Shown here piece by piece: positions 39,262 through 52,984 of a DNA stretch of 64,000 nucleotides. Under the pieces are notes generated by a model. That model was not told the origin of the DNA. It made no database searches and saw only the letters and a program-made list of their open reading frames with translations. Made by a program: the position numbers and the translations under genes. The stretch is from Octopus vulgaris. Lineage: Eukaryota. Numbering within the stretch: position 1 is the first letter of the stretch; every line of letters begins with the position of its first letter. The stretch covers positions 126,542,001-126,606,000 of the forward strand of contig OX597814.1 of the NCBI GenBank assembly GCA_951406725.2. Reading direction: 5' to 3'.

Positions 39262-40665
39262 AGCATCGAGGATGTTAAAACTCTTCCAAAATTCTTCAAT
39301 CATAGAACCATTTTCTTTATCAGTTATTTCAATGAGTCTTTCATAGATGAAATGGAGAGAGTAAGTTTTGAATGATGAAATCACTCCTTGATCCATAGGC
39401 TGCAATAAAGATGTTGTATTGGGAGGTAAAAAAACATTAATATTTTGATGGTGATGCTTTTAGCATGACTGGGGGCATTACCCATTATCAAAAGAATTTT
39501 GAAAGGAATTTTTTTATCTTTACAATATTTTTCTACTTCAGGAACAAAGTGATTAGAAAACCAATCTTCAAACAGAGTTCCTGTTACCCAAGCTTTTTTT
39601 GTTATGCTTCCAGATTACAGGAAGTTTTGTCTTATCAATTCCTTTTAAAGCACGGGAGTTTTCAGATTGATAATCATGGACTTGGGTTTGCAGTCCCCTT
39701 CACAATTTCCTCCCAGAAGCAATGTTATCCTATCCTTTGCAGCTTCACTCCTGGCATTGAAGATTCTTCTCTCACAATAAAAGTTTTTGAGGGCATTCAT
39801 TTCCAAAGTAGGCCCATCTCATCCACATTAAATATTTGAGATGGTATAAAGCCGTCTTCTTCAATCAAATCTAATTGGTGAGGAAAAGTTTCTGCAGCTT
39901 TTTGATCTGCACTAGACAATTCTCCTTGGATCTTCACATTGTGTAGATCTGCTTGCTTTCTGAAACGATAAACCCAACCATTGCTCACTACAAATGTTTC
40001 ATTTGATCTATCTGATTTATCTTTAAGTGAATTAAAAAGGGAAATTGCTTTACTGCAAATTATAGCCTGACTAAGTAGCATATGAAGTCTATGAATGTCA
40101 TTGTTAATCCAAGCTGTCAAAAGATTTTCTGTGCATGAAATTAAACTTTCATTATCTTTTCTTCATAACCAATTTAAAGAGTGACTTTCTTTTGCTTTAT
40201 TTAAATAATCTTCCTTTGCTTCAAGATAGTACAAACAGATGAAGGAGCCATATAATGTTTTTTTTTGATAAATCTTTAAGAGTTGCACATTTTTCATGTT
40301 GTTTAATCAATTCATATTTTATTTCTAAAGTAATTGCTTCGTATTTCTTCTTATCCTTTCTTTGCAAGTCAGAATTCTTTCTTTTTGAAGATATCACAAG
40401 GGTATTCAAAGAAATAAAAATGCTCAAAAAATTTTTTAAAAGATGAAGGAATGAAGATAAAATGCGGGCTAGCATGAAGGAAGTCAGGCAGGCACTGACA
40501 CACTTCAAATCCCAAAAACAGTTGCAGGCAATCACTTGAGGTAACAGGTGCTGCCAGACCGGAAGTGACAAACATTGCCATGACACACATTGTCATTTTT
40601 TTTTATCTACAATTCTTAAAGATGAAGTTTCGTAAATCAGGGTTATGTAAAATGAGGTATGCCTG
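39262..40665 (-). mobile_element. Tigger/pogo DNA transposon, 3'-truncated and decayed
   Basis: 5' TIR CAGGCATACCTCATTTTA at 40665; HTH ITLEIKYELI; CENP-B-type FVVSNGWVYRFRK; IFNVDEMGLLWK; QPMDQGVISSFK. Confidence 0.9.
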
Positions 40666-40774
40666 TGCATATATATATATACACACACACACATATATAT
40701 ATATGTATATCATTAATCAGTTTTATTTCAAGATTTCTTACCAATAGAGAAAGAGCTGGTTTCTGTATTTAAGA

Positions 40775-41642
40775 GAGGGTACCCAAAAGAAACCACAATT
40801 TTGCAATACCATTTTATTCACTTAGTTTACACTCTTATCACTTTCAAAGTATTTTCCATTTGAACTAATGCATCGGTCCAGGTTTTCCACTATTCAAAGC
40901 AGTGCTAGAATTCTTGCGAAGTGATGCCTCTGTTGATTTTTTCTTCACCTCTTCCACATCTGCAAATTCTGAGCACCAGCTTTAGTCACCAGTGATGATC
41001 TTCGATATAAGGTCTGGATGAACTTCCAACTGTTCTTTCAGTTCACGATATGTATTCAGTTGTGACTGCTTTTGATCTTCTGTGAGCAGGCGAGGCACAA
41101 ATTTTACTGCAACTCATCATTCGCAATTCCTCACTCAAAATTCGTTGTCAGGAGCTCCAGGACACACCAGTCATATTAACAAGGGTGTCAATTGTTCAGT
41201 GATGGTCCTCCAAGATCTGTTCATGAATTTTCGATATTTTCATTCATTTGAGAGGTCAACAGTTGCCCTGAACAAGGTTGGTCTTCAAGTGAAAAGTGAT
41301 CATTCCTAAAGCATGAAAACCACTCATAAACTTGTGTTTTCTCATAGCAGCATCCTTGTCTGAAGCATGACAACTGTTTTGGTCACCATTTTCCCCCAGC
41401 AGAAAACAGAATTTCATGGAATCACACTGTTCCTTTATTTCATCCATCTCAAAAATCAACAAACAATGGGGAAGTACTGCAAAACAAAGATGCACCACAT
41501 AGCAGTACAACTTTACCCAACATCACTGGTAAGCAGACTGATGCCTGAGGGTTGCATCAAGTGGCTTCTAGTGGCAGAAGCCTGAACTACAATGGATTTG
41601 TCTCACAGAGAACGTTTCTGTTACTTTTGGATACCTCCTCAT
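40775..41642 (-). mobile_element. Internally deleted mariner element
   Basis: Imperfect TIRs gagggtacccaaaagaaacc / gttacttttggatacctcctc; EQCDSMKFCFLLG, VKFVPRLLTEDQK, IITGD. Confidence 0.8.
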
Positions 41643-41671
41643 ATATATGTATGTATATATATATATATAGT

Positions 41672-42040
41672 GAAGGATCAATGGCCCAGTGGTTAGACTC
41701 GTGGTCGTAGGATTATGGTTTCGATTCCCAGACCAGGCATTGTGTGTGTTTATTGAGCAAAAACACCTAAAGCTCCACGAGGCTCCGGAAGGGGATGGAG
41801 GTGAACCCTGCTGTACTCTTTCACCACAACTTTCACTCTCCCTTCCTGTTTCTATTATACCTGTATTTCAAAGGGCCAGCCTTGTCACACTCTGTGTCAT
41901 GCTGAATCTCCCTGTGAACTACGTTAAGGGTACACGTGTCTGTGGGGTGCTCAGCCACTTGCACATTAATTTCATGAGCAGGCTATTCTGTTGATCGAAT
42001 CAACTGGAACCCGTGTCATCATAACTGATGGAGTGCCACG
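41672..42040 (+). mobile_element. SINE with family-3-type head and different 3' part
   Basis: Head and ctccacgaggctcc...ttcaccacaactttc are shared with the 60736 element; the 3' half is shared with ~12470-12610(-) and ~33860-33990(+). Confidence 0.7.
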
Positions 42041-42790
42041 ATGTATATATGTGTGTATGTATGTATGTATGTATGTATGTATGTATGTATGTATGCATGC
42101 ATGTATGTATGTATGCATGTATGTATGTATGCATGCATGTATGTATGCATATGAGTTTTCCCTTTGTCTTACTTCTTTCAATACATGGTTATGTCAAGGT
42201 AGCGAGCTGGCAGAAACATTAGCATGCCGGGCAAAATGCTTAGCAGTATTTCATCTGTCTTTACATTCTGAGTTCAAATTCTGCCGAGGTCAACTTTGCC
42301 TGTCATCTTTTTGGGGTCGATAAATTAGGTATCAGTTGCATACTGGGGTCAATCTAATCAACAGGCCTCCTCCCAAAAAGTTTCAGGCCTTGTGCCTAGA
42401 GTAAAAAAAAATACATAGCTATGTTTTTAGCAAAAAATATGACAAACATTATTATTTGTTATATAAAATCTGAAAATTTGCAGCCATTTACATGCATGTG
42501 TAGTCTACTAACAGTTTGTTCAAATTTTAGCTCATTGACTGAATATAATTTTCTTCAGAAAAACCGTTCCCCATGCAATTTACTAGTAAAGAATACCATT
42601 CATATATGCTCTCCCAACACTGTGATGTGTGCATTGTCAACTTGTAGATGATTGCTCAAATTTTTAATTGTTAAATGAATGGGTTCCCAGTCATTCATAT
42701 ACATTTAATTCATTTATAGTCTGCTCACTGCCATACCATATTTGTACCTAATACATTACATTCTTACTATGAAATGTAAATAATACTCAC

Positions 42791-42889
42791 AATCTGGAAA
42801 ATGATCATTTAAAAACTTTAGAATGTTTGCTCGTATTTCTGTCAGAATATCAGCAGAACTTCGAAGCAAATGATGATGTGTCTTATTGC
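42791..42889 (-). CDS. Gene B exon (NKTHHHLLRSSADILTEIRANILKFLNDHFPD)
   Basis: ttttcttcccttaag| acceptor, T|gtgagt donor, 99 nt open phase 1-1. Confidence 0.8.
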
Positions 42890-43492
42890 CTTAAGGGAAG
42901 AAAATAAAAGAAATAAACATTGTTATATCATCATTACAGTTATAATATCTGTAAATTTTTAAAGTATATTAGTAGGGTTAATGTTAAATTATAATAATTG
43001 GTCAATGTTTAGTTTTAGTCTCAAGTTTTAAGATTTTCCAAAGTTATGTTAAATCACAGCAAATATCCTCAAATCTATGAGGAAAATTCTTCAAATAATG
43101 TAATTCAAAGAAGAATATATTGGAAAGGTTTCTTTTTGCCTTACCTAGATCTGAACTCAGAATAGCAAGATAAGCAAGCATTCATCAATTATAAGTGTCC
43201 TTATAAGGATAGGTAAATTTGGTTATCAAAATTATTCTTTGTTGGTGATACAATATAGAGCTGGTGGTTGAATATCAATTATCTAACTTTCAATTAATTC
43301 ATATTACTGCATTTTATATGTTGAAATAACTGTAGGTTTCTAGTAACCTCAGAGCTCAGAAAGGTTTTAGAGCCAGTTGTGATATATTTGCACTCAAAGA
43401 CTGTGTTTAAAAAAATATACATATTTACCATTTTTTGAATCTAAATTAAACTGAGATAAGACTAAGACAAAATTTGCTTCATTAAAATTTAC

Positions 43493-43501
43493 CTGTTGCT
43501 A
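43493..43501 (-). CDS. Gene B 9-nt microexon (TAGCAACAG)
   Basis: Minus strand ttgctaactcttttcttttaag|TAGCAACAG|gtaaat: branch-point-like CTAAC, pyrimidine tract, donor; phase 1-1, frame-preserving. Confidence 0.6.
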
Positions 43502-44158
43502 CTTAAAAGAAAAGAGTTAGCAATGGAATTTTGGTTGCACCAGCAAAGCCAAAATCAAAACAAGAGCTTAGAAAATAGGAATGGATTTTTAAAAATCCTT
43601 TTCAGATTTAATCGCAGATTTTAAAAGCTTTAACACGACAATGAGTTTTGTCAGAGATGTTAAGGCATTGTAGGAAATATTATCTAAAGTTTCTTCTACA
43701 ACAGTGACAACTTCTTATTTAAACAACCACAACAAAGATGTGTCGCATAATGCTTTGTCATGAATGTCTTTCCCCCATTAGGTTTAGTTGGTCCTCAATT
43801 TCATGTAAGCATATATCTGATGTTCCATTAAATGCAGGTGTGTTGGTGTTGTTTGATACTAGGTTAGCTTTGATCCTGAAAATGTATGATCAAAGTCATT
43901 CCAGCGATGACCATTCCATCTTTCATTTAGATATAGTACATTCCTTTTTCAAAATAGTAGATGCAAGCTAGTAGGAATTTGCCTGTTATTTCCAGCAGGT
44001 CATATGGTCCTGAGCCTACATTAGCAATTGTTTTTAGACAAACCACTTTATTTTCTACATCACTCAGTTCACTTATCAGTTGGCAATAACAATCTGATTA
44101 CCTGAGATCCTATCCAGGGAAAAATACTTTAGGTACTTCATCATTTAAGCACTAACCT

Positions 44159-44386
44159 TTAATTCTTTAGCATTTAATCCAGCCATATCCAGCCTAAATA
44201 TTCTACCTGTTTTATGTTCAAAATTACTCGATCCAACTTCTCACACCTACCCTACAATGTCATTGTAAAAATATACAAATACACCATTGAAATCTTGAAG
44301 CTACAAGATAAAGTATGACTAATTCAAAACAATGTGAATATATAATCAATTCATTTAACAAAGAAATCTGAATACCAAAGGGTTAA
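44159..44386. mobile_element. piggyBac-like MITE (degenerate left end)
   Basis: ttaa-ttctttagcattt ... gaataccaaaggg-TTAA; similar size and internal resemblance to the 18374 element. Confidence 0.55.
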
Positions 44387-44622
44387 AATACCTGCTTTGT
44401 TATTTAAGAATCATTTATTTTCATTTAACAATGAGACTATAATATTCACTACTTCAGTAAAATCCATACATTTAAACAAATAGATTTTAGAAATAAAATA
44501 TATTTATTTTTGTCTTAGTTTCCAGAAATTTTCTGCTATGTTTCCATTGTGGAAGTTGTGAAAGAAAGAAGGGTTCAGAATAATGAATAAAACTTTGACT
44601 ATGATATTTTTCAGGTACTTAC

Positions 44623-44715
44623 TCTGAACTGACTCATCATCAAGTTCTTTTAGAAGTTCGCTAAGTTCTGTAAATGGATCAGCCAAAACCTTTTCAATGT
44701 CTTCAAATCTTACTT
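44623..44715 (-). CDS. Gene B exon (VRFEDIEKVLADPFTELSELLKELDDESVQ)
   Basis: ttacag| acceptor, A|gtaagt donor, 93 nt open phase 1-1, amphipathic-helix-like sequence. Confidence 0.8.
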
Positions 44716-46099
44716 CTGTAATATAAAAAAAATACCTTTTATATCATCTTATTATTTATATAAGTTTATCATCATTACTAACCTTCTTGTTACTTATAAC
44801 TATGCACACACATTTTTATATAGATAATCCTATCAACCCAAACTAGTATGAAATAGGGATGCTAAATGATGATGATGATGATGATGATGCTGATGATGAT
44901 ATTATCCTCCATTCTCCATTTGTCTTCCACAAACATCTCCCAAAGTTTACAAAAATTTCTTCAGCAGTACCAGAGCACCACAAGTATCAATGAAAACACA
45001 GTTAAAAATAATCAAAATTTATACAAATGCCAGGCCCCATAATTTCTAATAATTTCACATGGTAACCTAACATATATAACCTTGTCAAAGCTTCATTTCT
45101 GAAAAAGAAGCTGATTCTAGAAACTGGCCCTTTTTCCAGGGATAGAAAACTGATTGTTGAGAGTTAACTTCATCCCCTAATCAGCTGCTGAGTCTGAACA
45201 AGACTCAGGTAAACATATGAGACTGAGCTGTTGCTGCTATGTGCGCAAACATTCTAGGCCACATCTCAAAACAGCTGTCTAGTTGATTGACAATAATTCA
45301 TTTACCAACATACACACCAACTATAGATTCACAGAACCATTTCCTCTTTCCCTCTCTTTCTCTCATAATAATAGATTTTGTTCTTCCCCAATATACCCAA
45401 ATAACCAACAAGACAATCTGCTACAAGCCACAGATCTGATCCACCAATGAAGCATGATTCTAGCGAGATGGAATTATCACAGTAGATAGAGATACAGAAG
45501 ATGAGAGAGAGGCTCAGAGAAACTGAAGGAAGTGGGAAGAAAGGAACAATATCAGGTAGCTTAGAAAAGTTAAGTGTCAGGTATGCATAGTAAGGCGGGA
45601 AGCTGGTGGTAAGATTTTGTCAAGGATCTACGATAAGATCAGAGGTGTGAGATGTTCCAGATTGTAAAGCCATCTATGAATCAATATGATGTTAGGAAAC
45701 AGTAAATGCAAAATGATAGTGGTACACTTGCAGTCACTGACACCAAAAATAAAAAAGATGAAAATGTTACTAGCACGGGGCACAAGTGCCAATAAGATGA
45801 CACTGGTAATGACCACACTCGAATAGTGCTTTTTATGTGTCACTGGCACTCGACTGGTGCCTTTTATGACAAAGATAAAAGAGATGTTCAAGAAAGAGGC
45901 ATGAAACTGATGGACCAAGTTATGAAAATAACAGAGATACAGCACTACTAATTAGGGAAAGATTTGACTGGATGTAGTGCAGTTTGGTTTGTACTAGAAT
46001 GAGGAGGCACCATCAATGTCCTCTTTCTGGCTTTAACAAAGAATAAGTCACTGTACTTAGCAGCTGTCAACTTCTGACAAAGTACCACACTCTGTACTC

Positions 46100-47990
46100 C
46101 GGTACTCACTCTGAAAACTAGTTGTAAATGAAGAGCTTGTGAGAGCTTATTACAAACAATGTACAAAGATGCAGTCAGAAAGATGAAAGTTGTCAATGAA
46201 CTCCATCAGGAATTTAGCATTCAAGTTGTTGCCCATCAAGGATGGGTCTTCAACCTCCCACTAGTATTTTATAACTCTCCAGTCTTAAAAGAAGATTTTA
46301 AATCAATTATCTATGAGAACTTCTCCACACTGATAACCTAGTTCTCATTGCTAAATCTGTCAAAGGATTCAAGAAGGAAATCTAAACATGTAAACAAAAA
46401 CGTACAATCAAAAGGCTTAAAGTAAGCCTAACAAAGGCAAAAGTTTTGACAGGAAAAAAGACAGGACACCACTAACTGGAAAATGGCTAACTCAATATGC
46501 AGAATAAGTGTATGTAGGAATTGCATACAGTGTACACATAGTTTACACAAAAGACACCATGTGATCACAAGTATATTAACAGGAATTTTCATGTAACTGA
46601 GACACAGGCATGGCTGTGCAGTTAAGAAGCTTGTTTCTCAACCATGTTGTCTAGGGTTCAGTCCCATTTCATGGTACATTAGGCAAGTGTCTTCTGCTAC
46701 AGCTTCTACAAGTTGACCAAAGCCTTGTGAGTGGATTTGGTAGACAGAAACTAAAAGCCTGTCATATATGTGCATATAAATGTATGTGTGTTTGTGTTTA
46801 CCCTTGTTTAGACATCACATGATGGCTGTAAATGAGTATTATTTGTTTTCTGTCTTTTGTGAAAAAAACATATCTGCCCATGGGAAAATATTATGTTGCT
46901 TGGAAATGGGTGAGGTTTTGCAACAACAATGACAATGTGGGGACAGTGGCAGCAGTGATGGTGTCAATTACAATGATGATGATGATAAACAACAATGATG
47001 TCGAATAGATGTTTAGCAATAGACAGCAGTGAGAGCACACATGAAATGAATTGCTTCAAAGACAGGAAGGTTCTATGGAAGTAGTTTGCTGTTATCTTAT
47101 TTCATTATTGCCCACAAGGGGCTAAACATAGAGGGGACAGACAAAGGGATTAAGTCAATTACATCGACCCCAGTGCATAGCTGGTACTTAATTTATCAAC
47201 CCTAAAAGGATGAACGGCAAAGTCGATCTCAGCAGAATTTGAACTCAGAACGTAATGGCAGACGAAATACCTATTTCTCTACTACCCACAAGGGGACAAA
47301 CAAGGACAGACAAACGGATTAAGTTGATTACGTTGACCCCAGTGCGTAACTGGTACTTAATTTATTGACCCTGAAAGGATGAAAGGCAAAGTTGACCTCG
47401 GCAGAATTTGAACTCAGAACGTAAAGACAGACAAAATACCGCTAAGCAATTTGCCCAGTGTGCTAATGTTTCTGCCAGCTTGCTGCCTTACTGTTATCTA
47501 TTTGACCTAATTAGCAGTAGAATTGGATGTTTCAAAATCATAGCAGCCAGAATAAGAAAGTAGCGGGGAAATTTCAGGGGAAAATTCCCTCTGTTAGCAA
47601 CAAAGGCAGGTTTTATAATGATTTGTATGAAAGGTAGTGCTGAATTGCAATGAAACAAACACTAAATGAGTAGGATGTGTGAAGAGTAGAGAAAAATGAG
47701 GCAAGAATGATCTGCAGGATGCATAATATTAATGTGTATGAATGACAGAACACAGGTGAGCTGGGAAGAAAACTGGCTGTAAGAGAAATCATGCATAATG
47801 TGCTAGAGAGAAGACTGAACTGGCACAGATATGTGATGTGAATGATGAATGACAGTTGGGTAAAGATTTAACAAGCAATCCAAGTGAAAGAAACCTGCAG
47901 TAGAGGACGACTGTGGAAGATATAGCAAGAGGTAGGGAAAGCTCATCACACCATACTGAACTTCTCGAAGGAGATGACGAGAGAAAGCAA
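46100..47990 (+). mobile_element. Old RTE-like LINE remnant interrupted by SINEs
   Basis: QVVAHQGWVFNLPLVF (degenerate GVHQGSVLSPLLF) near 46220 and RRLNWHRYVM near 47810. Confidence 0.55.
47095..47490 (-). mobile_element. SINE family 2 with duplicated core and tail
   Basis: The core gaccccagtgc...tggtacttaatttat...aaggatgaa occurs twice, at ~47165 and ~47335. Confidence 0.8.
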
Positions 47991-48279
47991 CAGTAGTGTT
48001 CAGCCCATACAGGCCTAAAGTGACATTAACAATGATGATAACTGTGATGATGGCGGCAATGATGACAATGGTGATGTTGATAAGGATGATGATAACAACA
48101 ATGACAACAGCAATGATGACAACAATGGCAAATATGACTGATCAAAATGAGGACAATGATGATGATGACAGTAATGATGATGATGATAAAAAGGATATCT
48201 GTTAGAAGCATTCCACACATGTGATTCAAATCCCATCACTGCCACACCAAAATAATATCAAAGGAAGGGTAACACCTAC

Positions 48280-48304
48280 CAGCAACTTCTGTTACGTTAC
48301 TTTC
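48280..48304 (-). CDS. Gene B exon (25 nt, ESNVTEVA), most 5' exon identified
   Basis: Long pyrimidine tract ending tttcag| and G|gtaggt donor; phase 0 in, phase 1 out, fitting the 44715 exon. Confidence 0.7.
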
Positions 48305-51300
48305 CTGAAATAGAAGAAAAAGAAATAAAAGTAAGAAACATGTTTAAAGTAGGGAAGATACTTGATTGCTTATATGTAGAGGTGTTTAAGCATGTTAGAG
48401 AAATAGATTTAGGAGAAATTTTACTTTAATTATTGTTAGTTTCACAGATAATAAACAGTAAACTATCAGGCGTTATTTCTACACATGTTTACCAATATTT
48501 TACAATCTATTCTTAAAACAATAGCAAAACTGGGAAAACTAAAAGTGTTCTCATTCCTGATTGAAGTCAGCTGTTGCAACTTTCTGACTGAATCATTGCA
48601 TTATTTCCTGCGAAAGATAGATCTGAAACCCAAACAGCCAAAGAAAGCCACCGAGGAGACAGGCATAGCAGCTGAAGCCAATTCAAGACAGCTATGGCTA
48701 ACTTCAGGTGGATGAAGACTTATTCAGTTCTCATTACCCCACTCAGGCAAAACATATAGCTTAAGGGGAGAAAACAGTTGTGACCCTGAGATACCAGCTG
48801 ATGTGGAAGGGTTTCTGATGGTGCAATGGATTCAGAAGAGCTTGCAAAACCTGAGTAGCTCCTGTGGGGGTAACACATCTTAGATGTTTATTTAACCAGT
48901 ATAGTTAAAGATATATATCTGTTATTGTTCTTAACAGTAGCACTTTTCCTGTGTCAATATAGTGTTAATGTATTATTTTATATTTGTTAGCCTTCTTTTT
49001 TCTTTCTTGTTTTTTTTTGTTTTGTTTTCTTTTAGTCATAAGAGAAGACAGTAACCATGACTCATTACAGGGAAGATGGGAGGAAGATATTCTCTCAAAC
49101 CAGAAACTGGTCTGAGTGCTTGACATAAAGTGAACTCTGCTAGAGGCACCCAGAGTGCCAAGTGATAATGTTAAACTGGGTAATAGTTTAAGTCTATCAC
49201 CCAAGACATTAATTTCTTTAGGGTTTTTTTTTTTTGTTAATTATAAAAAAATCTGTAGATGGCTTATGAACTGTGAAAACATACAATGAGAGATCCAAGC
49301 AGTGCAACACAGATGGAAGAAGTGAGGTGTAGACCACAAACAGGACTATGTTGAAACATACCACTTCCTTTGGTTACATTCCATGAGAGTATCTTAGTCA
49401 TCCTATGAACTTTTCAGATGATCCTCATATGTTGACTGTTAAAGCATGTATTAATTAATTCTGTGGAGGAGTGTATCAACTGCAGGATTATATTAACTAT
49501 AAAGGGGATGATAACTGAGATAAACTTCTACCCAAACAGTGTTAAATATTGTAATAAATACAACACGTGTAATATATACAAATTATATTGCTAAATATAC
49601 AGATAATAATGAAATATCTATTGACAAAATTTTTTTTACATAGTGAGGTTACATTATATTGAGATGATATTACAATCATCATAATCATCATCATCATCAT
49701 TGTTTTAACATCCAGTTATCCATGCTTGCATGGGTCAGATGGAATTTGTTAAGGTAGAAATTCTACAACCAGATGTCGTTCCTGTCATCAATTACCACCT
49801 GTTTTCACAGAATATTGGAAATGAAGAATATTGCTTGTATGACAGTGATACTCACTTACAGTGGCAAAGCAAGGAGACAGTAACACACTAACACAGACAC
49901 ACACACACACACAGACACGCATACACACACACACACACGCATATATATGTATACCTGCATCACCTTATTGGCACTTGTGCTGGTGGCACGTGAAAAAACA
50001 TTTGAGCGAGCTCGTTGCCAGTGCTGCTGGACTGGCTCCTGTGCAGGTGGCACATAAAAAGTACCACTTGAGTGTGGCCATTGCCAGTACTGCCTGACTG
50101 GTCCTCGTGCAGGTGGTATGTAAAAGCACTCACTACATTCTCAGAGTGGTTGGCATTAGGAAGGGCATCCAGCTGTAGAAACTCTGCCAGATCAGATTGG
50201 AGTCTGGTGCAGCCATCTGGTCCGCCAGACCTCAGTTAAATCGTTCAGCCCATACTAGCATGGAAAGCGGATGTTAAACGATGATGATGATGATATATAT
50301 ATATCAGTGACACAGAAAAAACACTTGTTCCAGTGTCACACTAGAATGCTCATGCAGTGCCATATAAAAGCACCCAGCATTCATTGTAAAATGGTTGGCA
50401 TTAAGAAGGGCATCTGGCTGTAGAAACCTTACCAAATCAGACTGCAGCCTGGTGCAATTCTTCAGCTTACCAGCTCTGGTCAAACCATCCAACCCATGCC
50501 AGCATGGATAATGGCTGTTAAATGATGATGATGATGATGATGCTGATATGTTATTTAAAACAGTTTTGATTTGGTTCCATGCTACTTCAAGCTTCACAGG
50601 CTCGTAACAGGAGTCCAACTCCTTCAGGCTCCCATTAGGGGCCTGCAAAACTTGAAGTAGCACAGAACTGAACCAAACTGCTTTAAATAATACATTTAAC
50701 TCCTACTAAATGTGTTGAATGTCCTTTTATTTCATTTGTCCTCTCACTTGTATGTATGTGTGTGTGTGTAAAGGTGCATGGCTTAGTGGTTTGGGTGTTG
50801 CACTCACGATTGCGAAACCATGGGTTCAATTCCCAGATCGGGTGATGCATTGTGTTCTTGAGCAAAGCACTTCATTTCATGTTGCTCTGCGATCATTTTG
50901 ACATCTGACATGTGGCACCCATTGCACCTGTGCAAGTAATGTTGATCTGATGAAAGGAGTGATCGTATGTGTACACAAACATTTGATCACTATAAACAAA
51001 TCATCTGTGCAGTTGTTCGGTAAGAAATTCTCGAACCCTTATACATCGTCTTACGATAGCAGAATCCATCATAGCATATAGAAATGAAGCAACAATATGC
51101 AGAGATAATATAACAAATTATTGAGGTGATATACAGCAGGTCTAACAACACACTACCTAGTTTAACATTACTACTTATTCTTTCAGTGGTTACTGTAACA
51201 AACATTTAAACTAGTCCCTCAGTTTCTTCCTCATACACACTAATTTTCTCTTTTGCAGATGTTGATGCAAGGTTTGAGTGAGGTGGGGGATACTCTGACC

Positions 51301-52119
51301 ATATTATAAAGTACTGTAACTTCTTAACTATGTTTCTAAATGATATCAGTTCTAATCACAAGAAACCTATGCTACGATTGGATATGTTAATTCCTCCTAT
51401 TGAATGTTAGTAAAATATTTTATTTGCAATAGCAGTGAAAAAGAACTTAATTTTACAAAACAGTAAGAATATGGAGCAAGAAACCAAAACACAGCATTAT
51501 TGTAGGAGATTACTGCTCTCTGTTTCTCCACAGCTTCCTTTCTTCTGCTCATGCTTGTTCTCCTTGATAGGCAACATATTCTCCCATTCAATACAGGCAA
51601 GGAGGTGGTTGAAGCTCTACAATTGTGAATGTTGCTTGAATTGGCAGTTCTAGAGTAAGGATAATGCACAGTCAAAATTCAATACTCAAGGTGCCACCAT
51701 ATTCTGCAAGTGCCAAATTTTCTGGAGAATGAATAAATACTTGCTGTAGCAACAATCGGTGGTTTATTAGCATGGGTCACCTCCATTTCTCCTTTAGCCT
51801 CAGAACTGGAGCTGATATATGAAGGGTAATCAAGGGTCATTGTAGAAAGCCCATCAATTTCAGAAGCAGAGATATATGTATATAGGTATGCCAACAAACC
51901 AACCAGCCATACATACATACATTATGGCTACCCCCTCATTATCGAGTATGGCCATTGCCCGAAGCTTAACTGTTACTGGTGCTGTGATTGAATGTGATTT
52001 TTTAGCCCAGCTAAAGATCTACAATGTCTTGTACAAAATTGGCAACTAAAACCTTTACTGGTAATAGCCGGCTGTAGTTGTAACTGGGCTTCATGTACCT
52101 TTGCATGTCGTTTAAGTCC

Positions 52120-52965
52120 TCCTGCCAAATTACAGATGATTGTGAGCTAGTAGCACACACAGAGATTGATATGCAACACATTTTGAATGCATTCTCTGAT
52201 GCTTGCACTGCCTTAGGATTGACAGTCAATCTCAAGAAAACTGTTGTCATGCATCAACCTACCCCTGGTAAGCAGTATAGTGTACCAAATATCTATGTGT
52301 ATGGTAAACAACTTGATATAGTTGATCAGTTTGTCTACCTGGGAAGCACTATTAATAGATATGGCAATTTGGATGATGAAATATAGAATTAGGAAAGCAA
52401 GTGTTGCTTTCGGAAGGCTAGAAAAGCGCCTTTGGAGTCGGTGAGACATATGCAGAAAGGCAAAGATAAAGGTGTACAAGGCATGTGTGCTCCCTTCTCT
52501 TCTCTATGCCTGCAAGATGAGGGTCACATATCGATACCACCTTAAACAACTGGAACGTTTCCATCAGATGTGCCTCAGATGGATCTATGGCATTAAGTGG
52601 AAGGACCGCATCAGTGATCTTGAAATATTGGAAGGCTCTCGGTGTGAAAGTATAGAAGCTCTTGTGTTAAAGCAAAGGCTCAGAGGGAGTGGTCATCTGG
52701 TCAGAATGAAGGATTCAAGGATGCCAAAACAACTCTTTTATGGAGAGTTAGCTAAAGAAGAACAACCTCCACAGAAACCAAAACAGAGGTATAAGGACTT
52801 GCTGAAGGCTTCCTTAAGAGATGCTTGCATCTCTCCTGACACACGGGAAGGCATAGCTATTGATTGTAGCAGGTGGAAAAGGATTGTGCATGAGGGGACA
52901 GCCACTTTTGAGAAATCTCAAGTTGCACATGAGAAAGTAAGGAGGGATGTCAGGAAGGGCATCGC
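52120..52965 (+). mobile_element. RTE (BovB-like) LINE fragment, RT C-terminal half
   Basis: DDCELVAHTEIDMQ...GLTVNLKKT...QFVYLGS, in-frame stops, then YKACVLPSLLY...LERFHQMCLR...RMPKQLFYGEL. Confidence 0.85.
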
Positions 52966-52984
52966 TGTTACACATACATACATA

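Noticed and set aside
43590-43730. Protein-like minus-strand frame VVTVVEETLDNISYNAL...
   Set aside because: It ends in a stop with no donor, has a weak acceptor, and is not needed for the gene B frame.
47996-48245. Met/His/Asp-rich ORFs
   Set aside because: Degenerate (ATG/GAT)n trinucleotide repeat.
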